The notes under the pieces were generated by a model. The model was not told where the DNA came from and ran no database searches. It was given only the letters and a program-made list of their open reading frames with translations. The translations under genes and the position numbers were made by a program. Shown here in pieces: positions 8,046 to 17,118 of a stretch of DNA of 64,000 nt. The stretch is from assembly GCA_001873215.1 (NCBI GenBank), contig MNYS01000005.1, forward strand, positions 1,367 to 65,366, written 5' to 3'. Within the stretch, counting starts at the first letter, position 1; the number at the start of each line of letters is the position of its first letter. Source of the DNA: Candidatus Levybacteria bacterium CG2_30_37_29 (GTDB taxonomy: Bacteria; Patescibacteriota; Microgenomatia; Levybacterales; GWA1-39-11).

Positions 8046-9887
8046 ATGGATACACTGACTCAAATAAAAAATATTGCAATTATTGCACACGTTGACCATG
8101 GTAAAACAACCTTAGTTGACGCAATGCTTAAACAAACCCATACTTTTCGTGGAAATCAAAAAGAAATGGGCGAAACTCTTATCATGGACTCGAACGACCT
8201 GGAAAAAGAAAAAGGAATTACTATACTTTCAAAAAACACTTCAGTTTTTTTTAACGACGTAAAAATAAACATTATAGATACGCCTGGGCATGCGGATTTT
8301 GGTGGAGAAGTAGAACGTGTTTTAAATATGGCAAGCGGTGCAATACTTTTGGTTGATGCTGCAGAAGGACCTCTTCCTCAAACAAAATTTGTTCTGAAAA
8401 AAGCACTTGAATTAAAACTTAAAATTATACTTGTCATAAATAAAATTGATAAAAAAGATGCACGACCGTTGGAAGTTTTATATGAAGTTGAAAATTTATT
8501 TTTAGAACTGGCTCATGATGAACACGCGCTTCATTTTGCAACTCTTTTTGCTGTAGGCCGTGACGGAAAAGCTTTTTGGGAACTTCCGGATCATTATAAA
8601 AGCGACATGCAATCAGACTTAAAACCTCTTTTTGACGCAATTATCAAAGAGGTTCCTAACGCTATTCAAAACGAGGATGAACCTTTTCAAATGCTTATTT
8701 CAACTCTTGACTATGATTTACACGTTGGCAAACTATGTATTGGAAAAGTTACTCGGGGAAAAATTTCAAAAGGTGACATGGCATGCCTTGTGGATGAAAA
8801 TAAAGTACTTGGATCCTACCGCGTACAAAAACTTTATACCAGCGAAGGCCTTAATAGAATCGAGATAGAAACTGCTACAACGGGTGATATTGTTGCGGTT
8901 GCGGGAATTGCGCAACTTACAATTGGTCAAACACTTACTGATCCGGAAAATCCTGTATCTTTGCCAAAAATTACTGTTGAAGATCCGACAATTAGAGTTA
9001 CCGTAGGCCCTAATACAAGTCCGTTTCTTGGACGTGAAGGAAAATTCTGCAGTTCTGCGCAAATAAAAGACAGGCTTCTTCGTGAAAAAGAAACAAATTT
9101 AGGTCTCTGGATAAAACAAGACCCCGAATCTGCAAATTATATCGTGTCAGGAAGAGGCGAACTTCACTTGGCAGTACTTATAGAGACAATGAGACGCGAA
9201 GGATTTGAGCTGCAAGTTTCAAAACCTCAGGTAATTTATAAAACAATAGACGGAAAAGTCTGTGAACCATACGAAGAAGTCACGATTGATATAGGGAATG
9301 AATATTTGGGTCAAATTACTGAGGAGTTTGGAAAAAGACGCGGAGAAATGGTCAGCATGACAGGTGAACCAAATAACTCTACGCGCTTTGTTTATAAAAT
9401 TTCAAGCCAAAACCTCTTGGGAATTAGAAACGTACTGCTTACCAAAACGCGTGGCACCGCAATTTTTAATACATATTTTCTCGGTTATTTTCCAAAAAGC
9501 GAAAAAATACTTGAACAGACTCGCAACGGAGCACTTGTTTCTATAGATGCAGGTAATTCTTTGTCTTACGGACTTGAAAACTCTCAGGAACGCGGTACGC
9601 TTTTTATAGGACCGGGCGTACCGGTATACGAAGGAATGGTTGTTGGAGTATCTACCAGAGATAAGGATATTGAAGTAAACGTTTGTAAGGGAAAAAAACA
9701 GACAAATGTAAGAGCTTCAACATCTGACATAGGTATTCAACTTACTCCGCCGACAACCCTTTCTCTTGAACAAGCTCTTGATTTTATAAATGATGATGAA
9801 GTCCTTGAAGTAACGCCTAAAAACATACGCATGAGGAAAAGAATTTTAGACACTACCAAAAGAAGAGTTGCATCACGAAAAAATTAA
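8046..9887 (+). CDS. typA: translational GTPase TypA/BipA
   Basis: AHVDHGKTT, DTPGHADFGGEVER, NKID, GRGELHL, EVTPKNIRMRK. Confidence 0.97.
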   Translation: MDTLTQIKNIAIIAHVDHGKTTLVDAMLKQTHTFRGNQKEMGETLIMDSNDLEKEKGITILSKNTSVFFNDVKINIIDTPGHADFGGEVERVLNMASGAILLVDAAEGPLPQTKFVLKKALELKLKIILVINKIDKKDARPLEVLYEVENLFLELAHDEHALHFATLFAVGRDGKAFWELPDHYKSDMQSDLKPLFDAIIKEVPNAIQNEDEPFQMLISTLDYDLHVGKLCIGKVTRGKISKGDMACLVDENKVLGSYRVQKLYTSEGLNRIEIETATTGDIVAVAGIAQLTIGQTLTDPENPVSLPKITVEDPTIRVTVGPNTSPFLGREGKFCSSAQIKDRLLREKETNLGLWIKQDPESANYIVSGRGELHLAVLIETMRREGFELQVSKPQVIYKTIDGKVCEPYEEVTIDIGNEYLGQITEEFGKRRGEMVSMTGEPNNSTRFVYKISSQNLLGIRNVLLTKTRGTAIFNTYFLGYFPKSEKILEQTRNGALVSIDAGNSLSYGLENSQERGTLFIGPGVPVYEGMVVGVSTRDKDIEVNVCKGKKQTNVRASTSDIGIQLTPPTTLSLEQALDFINDDEVLEVTPKNIRMRKRILDTTKRRVASRKN

Positions 9888-10225
9888 AAAGTTATATTTT
9901 TGATATGATTTATCAAAATTTCACGAGCTCCCAGCTGTACCTCTATAGCATCAAACCTGTAATCTGATATATTATTTCTCAAAATATAGTATTGTGCGGT
10001 TTTTATAATTTTGCGAATTTTTTGAGGAGTAATTGCCTCAAGGGGAGTTCCAAACATTTCTTGTGTTCTTGTTTTTACCTCAACAAATACTACCTGTCCG
10101 CCGTTTTTTGCAATAATATCTATTTCACCAAAACGGCTTCGGAAATTTCTATAAAGAATGGAGTATCCAATTTTAGTCAGGTATTTTTCTGCTTCTTTTT
10201 CACCAAAACTTCCCGTACTGTCCAC
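9884..10225 (-). CDS. yraN: YraN family endonuclease (UPF0102)
   Basis: GSFGEKEA, RNFRSRFGEIDIIA, VFVEVKTR, YRFDAI. Confidence 0.92.
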   Translation of the reverse strand: MDSTGSFGEKEAEKYLTKIGYSILYRNFRSRFGEIDIIAKNGGQVVFVEVKTRTQEMFGTPLEAITPQKIRKIIKTAQYYILRNNISDYRFDAIEVQLGAREILINHIKNITF

Positions 10226-10243
10226 AATTAGGATATTTGTATT

Positions 10244-10546
10244 TTATTTTCTCTTTTTTGCGCGTGAGGCTTTTTTTGCGTCCTTTTTCGATGCTCTTTT
10301 AGCTGCTTGTTTTGTCTCCTCTATAATTTGAATACCTATAATTGTCGGAGAAAGAATAGGAAATATTCTATCCACTTCAATTCCTTCAAGGGTTTGTCTT
10401 ACAGTAATAGTCATATTTGACCCTTTTCCTTTTACTTTTATAATTCTTCCGGTGAACGGAACAGAGCGTTCGCGCTTTCCCTCAATAATTTTTTGTGTAA
10501 TTTTTAGAAGCTTCCCTTCACGCAACATTTGTGTCGTATCTTCCAT
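10244..10546 (-). CDS. rplS: 50S ribosomal protein bL19, divergent
   Basis: IEGKRERSVPFTGRII, TITVRQTLEGIEVDRIFPILSP; next to yraN as is common; start uncertain. Confidence 0.8.
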   Translation of the reverse strand: MEDTTQMLREGKLLKITQKIIEGKRERSVPFTGRIIKVKGKGSNMTITVRQTLEGIEVDRIFPILSPTIIGIQIIEETKQAAKRASKKDAKKASRAKKRK

Positions 10547-10592
10547 AGAACTCATATTATACAAGAAAAATACTGAATTGAAAAGGTGTATA

Positions 10593-12260
10593 CTATTTTG
10601 CAGCTGCTTTTAAGAATTCCAGAAATAGTGGATGCGGCCTACCAGGTCTGCTCTTATACTCAGGGTGGCCTTGAATTCCTAAGAAAAACGGATGAACACT
10701 GCGGGGAAGTTCAACTATTTCAACCAGATTTTCAACAATAGATTTTGAAGAAATAATCAAACCTTTCTTTATAAAATCATTTTCAAACTCCTGATTAAAC
10801 TCATACCTATGTCTATGCCGTTCAGAAACAAGTCCCGTTTCTCCATTTTTAAAACCTTTATACTGCTTGTAAATATCAAATGCCCTTGTGTTCTTATTAA
10901 CCCCGGCATCCCATGCACCAAGACGCATTGTTCCTCCGTATGCCCGCCTTTCCATAATTTCTTTTTGTTTTGGCATAAGATGGATTACCTGATGTTGAGA
11001 TTTAACATCATTTTCCTGAGTATTAGCATCTTTCCAGCCTAAAACGTCACGCGCAAAAGAAACTACGGCAAGCTGCATTCCGTAGCAAAGCCCAAGGTAA
11101 GGAATTTTTTTCCTCCTTGCATATGAAGCAGCAGTAATCATACCCTCAGCTCCACGCACACCCCAACCGATAGGAACAATAATTCCATCAACTTTTCCTA
11201 TAACGGAAGTTCCTTTTTTTTCTATTTTCTCAGCGTCAATCCATACAGTCTCAATGTCTACGCCGTTCTCCCAAGAAGCATGATCTATTGCGTCAAAAAG
11301 AGCCGCATACGCATCTCTAAGCTTGTAATCTCCAGTTGAGAAATATTTTCCTACGATTCCTATTTTTACTTTTTTACTTTTCTTAGCTTTTATTTTTTTA
11401 AGCAAAGACAAAAGATTGGAAAGATTTACTTTTTTTTGAGGCAAACCAAGCTTTTTTAATATTTTTGCAGGAAGAGCTTGTTTTTCAAGAACGATTGGTA
11501 TTTCATAAATACTTTGTACATCAGGACTTGCGATTATATCATCTTCGTGCATGTTGCAAAAAAGTGCAAAACGGTCAAGTCTTCTTTTATCCAGAACGCT
11601 ATCACACCTTGCAACAACAAAATCCGGCTGTATACCCATTGAATTAAGCGTTCTTACGGAAAGTTGTGTAGGTTTTGTTTTTGGCTCGCCAAGATGCTTG
11701 GGAACAGGAACATAACTCACATGAACATGTACTACGTCCCCCGGCTTTCTGAGAGTCATCATTCGGGATGCCTCATAATATAAAATATTTTGGTATTCTC
11801 CCGCTGTTCCGCCAAGCTCAATAAGAACAATATCGTTATCCAACGCAACAAGCTCAATCCGTCGCATAATTTCATTTGTCACGTGAGGAATAGCCTCAAC
11901 CGTTTGTCCGGAATATTCAAATCTTCTTTCACGGTCCATAACGGTTTTGTAAATTTTTCCGATAGTAACAAAATTTTTATCTCCCATTTCCTGGTTAAGA
12001 AATTTTTCATACGTTCCGATATCCATATCAGCTTCCGTACCGTCATCGCAAAGAAAAACATCGCCGTGTTCTATGGGATTTATTGTTCCGGCATCAAGAT
12101 TAAGATAATTTTCAAATTTAATAGGGGCAACTCTATAACCGGCAGACTTTAAAAGAAGAGCGATAGATGCTGAAGTGATACCTTTTCCGATGCCTGAAAT
12201 AACTCCTCCGGAGATAAAAATGTATTTTGTTTTTTTAATTTTACTATTTCTGAGGGGCAC
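10593..12260 (-). CDS. pyrG: CTP synthase
   Basis: KYIFISGGVISGIGKG, GEPKTKPTQ, GLCYGMQ, ERHRHRYE, QGHPEYKS. Confidence 0.97.
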   Translation of the reverse strand: MPLRNSKIKKTKYIFISGGVISGIGKGITSASIALLLKSAGYRVAPIKFENYLNLDAGTINPIEHGDVFLCDDGTEADMDIGTYEKFLNQEMGDKNFVTIGKIYKTVMDRERRFEYSGQTVEAIPHVTNEIMRRIELVALDNDIVLIELGGTAGEYQNILYYEASRMMTLRKPGDVVHVHVSYVPVPKHLGEPKTKPTQLSVRTLNSMGIQPDFVVARCDSVLDKRRLDRFALFCNMHEDDIIASPDVQSIYEIPIVLEKQALPAKILKKLGLPQKKVNLSNLLSLLKKIKAKKSKKVKIGIVGKYFSTGDYKLRDAYAALFDAIDHASWENGVDIETVWIDAEKIEKKGTSVIGKVDGIIVPIGWGVRGAEGMITAASYARRKKIPYLGLCYGMQLAVVSFARDVLGWKDANTQENDVKSQHQVIHLMPKQKEIMERRAYGGTMRLGAWDAGVNKNTRAFDIYKQYKGFKNGETGLVSERHRHRYEFNQEFENDFIKKGLIISSKSIVENLVEIVELPRSVHPFFLGIQGHPEYKSRPGRPHPLFLEFLKAAAK

Positions 12261-12265
12261 GATTT

Positions 12266-12294
12266 ATATTATCAAAACAACATAAATTCGTCAA
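12266..12294 (-). promoter_or_regulatory. pyrG promoter (leaderless geometry)
   Basis: Minus strand TTGACG-17-TAATAT, ending 5 nt before the GTG start. Confidence 0.55.
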
Positions 12295-12302
12295 CGGGGA
12301 AA

Positions 12303-12785
12303 TTAATCAACTGGACAAATAATAAAGATGTGGGTAAAAACTTTCTTGTCTTGAAACAATAAATGTTCATATCCAACAATCAAAGGAATATCATCTTCGC
12401 GATTCATAACTTTATAGGTATACTGCCATTCCCCATCCGGTTCCGGACTACAATCTTCATCAAATCTTGTTTTATCTCCCAATTCTGTAAGTTTTCTTTT
12501 TAAATAATCTCCAACTTCACTTTCTTCTACGCCTAACTGTTTAAGTTTCTCTAAAGAAATAGTTCCTCCTGCGTAAACTCTAGTATAGATTTTATCTTCT
12601 ACACTAACTATCTCCTGACCGCCACCCGCTCTATGAGCTGCCCATTCATCATGGTAAATTCCATCAGAAGTTTTGATATGAGAAGATTTTAGATGAAACC
12701 CTCCCCGCGCTACATCTTCAATTCTTGAACCTCCCGCATAACCTGCCGAGAGTCCTCCGGCCAAAATTTTTTTTGCATTTCTCAT
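12303..12785 (-). CDS. DUF5680-like hypothetical protein
   Basis: YAGG N-terminus, YHDEW...GGGQEIV...RVYAGG pattern; TGCTATAAT lies 6 nt before the ATG. Confidence 0.6.
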   Translation of the reverse strand: MRNAKKILAGGLSAGYAGGSRIEDVARGGFHLKSSHIKTSDGIYHDEWAAHRAGGGQEIVSVEDKIYTRVYAGGTISLEKLKQLGVEESEVGDYLKRKLTELGDKTRFDEDCSPEPDGEWQYTYKVMNREDDIPLIVGYEHLLFQDKKVFTHIFIICPVD

Positions 12786-12843
12786 ATGATCATTATAGCA
12801 GGTGAGCGGGGAAAGGGACTCAAACCCGCGACATCTTCCTTGG

Positions 12844-12942
12844 CCCCGATTTTTTTTGAGCGAGGTACGAGAATTGAACTCGCTTCTCTACCTTGGGAAG
12901 GTAGCATACTACCGGTGTACTAACCTCGCATAAACATCGGGG
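12844..12942. repeat. inverted-repeat-bounded insert (CCCCGATGTTT ... AAAAATCGGGG) carrying tRNA-Gly(CCC)
   Basis: 10/11 inverted match between 12844-12854 and 12932-12942. Confidence 0.75.
12859..12929 (-). tRNA. tRNA-Gly(CCC)
   Basis: GCGAGGT/ACCTCGC acceptor, CTACC-TT-CCC-AA-GGTAG anticodon arm, GCGAG-TTCAATT-CTCGT T-arm, U discriminator; CCA not encoded. Confidence 0.93.
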
Positions 12943-12994
12943 TACCACTGAATTACCCCCGCATTAAAGTTTAACTATTTGTATTCTATCAAAC

Positions 12995-13600
12995 TTAACG
13001 TGGAAGTTTAAGAGTATTTCCTGAGTGAATGAGGTCGGGATTTGTAAGATTATTTACTCGTGCAATTTCGGGCCATTTATATCCGTCTGCGTATGCCCTC
13101 ACTGAAATATCCCATAAATTATCCCCCGATACAACCGTATAGCTTGTACCTTTTATTGTTTCCTTTTGATTATTATTTGGAGGAGAGGGAATGGTTTTCT
13201 TTATTGCATTATTTGACGGAAGTAAAAGCTTTGTACCTTTTTCTATCATATCAGGAGTTTTAATGTTGTTTGCTTTTGCAATTTCTGTCCATGCAAATCC
13301 ATTCTGATATGTTTTTTCAGCAATACTCCACAACGAATCGCCTTCGGCAACAATGTATTCTTTCTTACCCAATAACGCTTTTTTATTTTCTTCTTCAACT
13401 GATGTTTGAACAGCCTTACCCGATATCTCTCCCATTTGCCTTTTTGAAATTAAACTAATCCCTAAAAATATAAGAATAAAAAGCACTAAAACAGTAAAAG
13501 CTCCATATAAAAGACTTACATAAGAATGCGAAGTATGAAGTGAGGCATGTGACCTTACGTATTTGTTTATCTTTTTTTTTATACTTTTTTTTCCTGCCAT
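12995..13600 (-). CDS. membrane-anchored protein with two LysM domains
   Basis: One TM helix; YIVAEGDSLWSIA...IAKANNI and YTVVSGDNLWDIS...IARVNNLTNPDLI. Confidence 0.92.
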   Translation of the reverse strand: MAGKKSIKKKINKYVRSHASLHTSHSYVSLLYGAFTVLVLFILIFLGISLISKRQMGEISGKAVQTSVEEENKKALLGKKEYIVAEGDSLWSIAEKTYQNGFAWTEIAKANNIKTPDMIEKGTKLLLPSNNAIKKTIPSPPNNNQKETIKGTSYTVVSGDNLWDISVRAYADGYKWPEIARVNNLTNPDLIHSGNTLKLPR

Positions 13601-13668
13601 AATTTTATTTTTTGGGCAGAGATAAAAAAATTCAAACTTGATATACCTTCACTAAACGCAGTGAAGTG

Positions 13669-13742
13669 CGGGAGCGACGGGGCTCGAACCCGCGACCTTC
13701 TCCGTGACAGGGAGACGCTCTAACCAACTGAGCTACGCCCCC
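13669..13742 (-). tRNA. tRNA-Asp(GTC)
   Basis: GGGGGCGTAGCTCAGTTGGTTAGAGCGTCTCCCTGTCACGGAGAAGGTCGCGGGTTCGAGCCCCGTCGCTCCCG. Confidence 0.97.
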
Positions 13743-13809
13743 AGGTTAGGACCTTGGCTATAGTAACAAATAATTGCATACGAGTCAACACTTTGATAGG
13801 ATAGAATCG

Positions 13810-15579
13810 ATGACAAATAAAGAAATTGTCAAGCTATTTAGTAATATTGCGGCAGCTTACGCGATAAAAGATGAATATAAATATAAATTCCAAATAATTG
13901 CGTACCAGAAAGCGGCCGATGCAGTAGAACATTCCTCAACAGAACTAAAAAATCTATACGAACAAGGAAAGCTTGAAAAAATCCCCGGAATAGGACCTAC
14001 GATTAAAGATAGATTAATTGAACTTTTTAAGACAGGGAAAGTAATACATTATGAAAAAATACTTTCTGAAATTTCACCGGCAGTTTTTCCACTACTTGAT
14101 GTTCCTTCGTTTGGTCCAAAAAAAGCATATAAGCTTGTCACACATTTTAAATTAATAAACCCGAAAACCGTTATTGAAGACGTAAAAAAGCTTGCAACGG
14201 ACGGAAGAATATCAGGGCTGGAAGGGTTTGGCGATAAATCACAATCAGATATTCTTCAGGCAATTAATGAATATGGTACAGGGACGACAAAAACAGGAAG
14301 GATGACTCTTCCGTACGCTTTTTCTCTTGCACAAGAGGTTTTAGGCTACCTTAAAAAAAACAAAGATGTGTTAAAAACAGAACCCCTAGGAAGCTTGAGA
14401 CGTATGATGTCAACAGTTGGCGACGTTGATATAGCGGTAACATCTACAAATCCAGGCAAGGTAATTGATTATTTTGTTTCATTTCCTGCAAAAGAGAGAG
14501 TTATTGAGAAAGGCCCCACAACAGCATCACTTCTTATCGGCGGCGGCAAACATATTGACCTTCTTGTACTTCCTCCACAGCAGTTCGGATCGCTTCTCCA
14601 GCACTTCACCGGATCCAAAAACCATAATGTTGCTCTTCGCGAATTAGCGTTGAAGAAGAAAATGTCTCTTTCTGAAAGAGGCATCAAATTACTTAACACG
14701 AAAAATGAGAAGATGATAACTTTTGACACAGAAGAAAAATTCTACAAATACTTAGGTCTTGACTGGATACCGCCTGAAATTAGAGAAAATCTTGGAGAAA
14801 TAGAACGCTCACAAAAACACAATCTTCCAAAACTTATAGAGCTAAAAGACATAAAAGGCGACCTTCACATACATTCCGATTACAAACTTGACTCAAGTCA
14901 TGATTACGGAATAAATACAATGCAGGAAATGATCGATAAAGCTAAAACTTTAAATTACGAATACATTGGATTTTCAGAACACAATCCAAGCATAACAAAC
15001 CATACCAAAGACCAAATTTACTCAATACTTGCAGGAAGAAATGATAAAATTGAGCAAATTAAATCGAGTAATAAAAGTATTCGAGTAATAAATCTACTTG
15101 AAGTAGATATTTTAGCTTCCGGTGAACTTGCTATCGATAGTAAATGTCTTGATTTAATTGACGCTGCAATTGTTTCTATACACAGTTCTTTTAATACGTC
15201 ACATGATAAAATGACAGATCGTATATTAAAAGGATTATCCAATCCAAAAGCAAAAATTTTAGCCCACCCTACCGGAAGACTTTTAAATTCCAGAACAGGT
15301 TACGAAGTCGATTGGGATAGACTCTTTGACTTCTGCAAAAAAAATAATAAAATTCTTGAAATTAATTCGTGGCCTGAAAGACTTGATCTTCCGGACACTC
15401 TGGTAAAGCAAGCTGAGGAGCAAGAAATAAAATTTGTAATTAATACTGACAGCCATGACGTATCTCAAATGGATAATATGTTTTATGGGGTGTCTGTTGC
15501 ACGGCGAGGCTGGTGCAATAAAAAGTCAGTTATTAACACGTACCCATATCAGCAAATATTTAAGGCACTGACAGAATAA
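13810..15579 (+). CDS. polX: DNA polymerase X with PHP domain
   Basis: IPGIG HhH motif, GSLRR...[30 protein letters not shown]; ATG at 13810 preferred. Confidence 0.95.
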   Translation: MTNKEIVKLFSNIAAAYAIKDEYKYKFQIIAYQKAADAVEHSSTELKNLYEQGKLEKIPGIGPTIKDRLIELFKTGKVIHYEKILSEISPAVFPLLDVPSFGPKKAYKLVTHFKLINPKTVIEDVKKLATDGRISGLEGFGDKSQSDILQAINEYGTGTTKTGRMTLPYAFSLAQEVLGYLKKNKDVLKTEPLGSLRRMMSTVGDVDIAVTSTNPGKVIDYFVSFPAKERVIEKGPTTASLLIGGGKHIDLLVLPPQQFGSLLQHFTGSKNHNVALRELALKKKMSLSERGIKLLNTKNEKMITFDTEEKFYKYLGLDWIPPEIRENLGEIERSQKHNLPKLIELKDIKGDLHIHSDYKLDSSHDYGINTMQEMIDKAKTLNYEYIGFSEHNPSITNHTKDQIYSILAGRNDKIEQIKSSNKSIRVINLLEVDILASGELAIDSKCLDLIDAAIVSIHSSFNTSHDKMTDRILKGLSNPKAKILAHPTGRLLNSRTGYEVDWDRLFDFCKKNNKILEINSWPERLDLPDTLVKQAEEQEIKFVINTDSHDVSQMDNMFYGVSVARRGWCNKKSVINTYPYQQIFKALTE

Positions 15580-15591
15580 GTATTTTTTCAG

Positions 15592-15620
15592 TTGACATTT
15601 ACCAAACACTGTGGCAAAAT
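15592..15620 (+). promoter_or_regulatory. lemA-htpX promoter
   Basis: TTGACA-17-CAAAAT, 9 nt before the GTG. Confidence 0.5.
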
Positions 15621-15629
15621 AATATCATT

Positions 15630-16178
15630 GTGATAATTTATATTGTAATTGGATTTGTAGTACTTGTTCTTCTGTATCTTTGGTTTACCTATAATTCACT
15701 CGTTACCCTCCGTGAACGAATTAATGAAGCGCTTTCTAATATTGACGTCCAACTAAAACGGCGATATGACCTTATCCCAAATCTTGTTGAAACAGTTAAG
15801 GGATACGCAAAACACGAAAAAGAAGTATTTGAGAATGTAACAAAAGCAAGAAGCGCCCTGATGAATGCAGAAACCCCCGGCCAAAAGTCAGAAGCTAACA
15901 ATATGCTTGCAGGAGCACTTAAAACTCTTTTTGCGGTTGCAGAAGCCTATCCAACTCTTCGGGCAAGTGAAAATTTTACACACCTCCAAGAGGAATTATC
16001 TGACACGGAAAATAAAATTTCATACTCTCGACAGTTTTATAACTCAAATGTTTTGGATTACAACACCAAAATAAAAATGTTTCCTGCCTCTCTTATAGCT
16101 TCCCAATTCGGATTCGGTGAAAAAGAATTCTTTGGTACTGACTCATCGCAAAAGGAACCTGTTAAGGTAAAATTCTAA
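15630..16178 (+). CDS. lemA: LemA family protein
   Basis: [38 protein letters not shown]. Confidence 0.95.
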   Translation: MIIYIVIGFVVLVLLYLWFTYNSLVTLRERINEALSNIDVQLKRRYDLIPNLVETVKGYAKHEKEVFENVTKARSALMNAETPGQKSEANNMLAGALKTLFAVAEAYPTLRASENFTHLQEELSDTENKISYSRQFYNSNVLDYNTKIKMFPASLIASQFGFGEKEFFGTDSSQKEPVKVKF

Positions 16179-16207
16179 CTTCATTTAACAACCTGGACCT
16201 AAGAATT

Positions 16208-17104
16208 ATGACAATCTACAGTTCAATAAGCTCAAATAAAAGAAAAACGTGGCTTATTATGATACTTTTCGTACTTTTTTTTCTGACAGTTTCATATATT
16301 TTAGGACGGGCGCTTGGATACGGTCTGTCTTTTGCAGGCGTCATGCTTATAATTTCCGGTCTTATGTCTTTCGGGTCATATTATTACTCTGACAAAATTG
16401 TTTTAGCAATGTCAGGCGCAAAACCCGCAACAAAAGAAGAATACAGAGATCTATTTACAACTGTTGAAAATCTATCTATTGCGTCAGGCACACCTATGCC
16501 AAAAGTTTATGTTGTTCAAGATGCAGCTCCTAATGCATTTGCGACAGGAAGAGATCCAAAACACGCAGCAGTATGCGCTACAACCGGAATTTTACAAAAA
16601 CTTTCAAAAGCAGAACTTGAAGGTGTAATAGGCCACGAACTTTCACATGTTAAAAATTATGATACGAGACTTATGGGAGTTGTAGCCATTCTTGTCGGCT
16701 CACTTTCAATTCTTGCAGATGTTTTTTTCAGAAGCTTATGGTTTCGCGATTCGGATGACAATAATAGATCAAGCTCTATTTTTATGATAGTAGGAATTAT
16801 TTTAGCAATACTCTCTCCTATTATTGCAACTTTAATTCAGCTTGCAATTTCCCGAAGGCGTGAATATTTAGCTGACGCTGACGGTGCTTTGCTTACGCGC
16901 TACCCTGAAGGACTAGCCAGTGCTCTTGAAAAAATCGCCGCAGACAAAAATATTTTGAAAACTGCGTCAACTGCAACAGCTCATTTTTACATAGAAAATC
17001 CATTTAAAACAGACGTTAAAAAGAAATCCGGTCAATGGCTGGTAAATCTTTTCTCCACTCATCCACCAATTAACGAAAGAATCCGCATTCTCCGATCAAT
17101 GTAG
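16208..17104 (+). CDS. htpX: M48 zinc metalloprotease HtpX
   Basis: PNAFATGR, GHELSHV, SRRREYLAD, FSTHPP. Confidence 0.95.
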   Translation: MTIYSSISSNKRKTWLIMILFVLFFLTVSYILGRALGYGLSFAGVMLIISGLMSFGSYYYSDKIVLAMSGAKPATKEEYRDLFTTVENLSIASGTPMPKVYVVQDAAPNAFATGRDPKHAAVCATTGILQKLSKAELEGVIGHELSHVKNYDTRLMGVVAILVGSLSILADVFFRSLWFRDSDDNNRSSSIFMIVGIILAILSPIIATLIQLAISRRREYLADADGALLTRYPEGLASALEKIAADKNILKTASTATAHFYIENPFKTDVKKKSGQWLVNLFSTHPPINERIRILRSM

Positions 17105-17118
17105 GGTATAATTAACAT

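Larger units (their letters stand above)
12803..12962 (-). pseudogene. split, decayed tRNA-Gly (probably GCC): 5' half 12962-12943, 3' half 12844-12803
   Basis: GCGGGGGTAATTCAGTGGTA...[insert]...GCCAAGGAAGATGTCGCGGGTTTGAGTCCCTTTCCCCGCTCA. The acceptor stem pairs; about 12 nt of the D and anticodon arms are missing; the T-loop is mutated to TTTGAGT. Confidence 0.75.

Noticed and set aside
12303-12962. Split tRNA as attL/attR of an integrated island
   Set aside because: No integrase and no duplicated 3' tRNA end; the halves are separated by only 99 nt holding a different tRNA sequence.
12857-13742. tRNA genes lacking encoded CCA
   Set aside because: Common in bacteria that add CCA enzymatically.
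13810-15579. PolX as a catalytically altered variant
   Set aside because: The GDVD motif, third Asp (HIDL) and PHP metal ligands appear intact.
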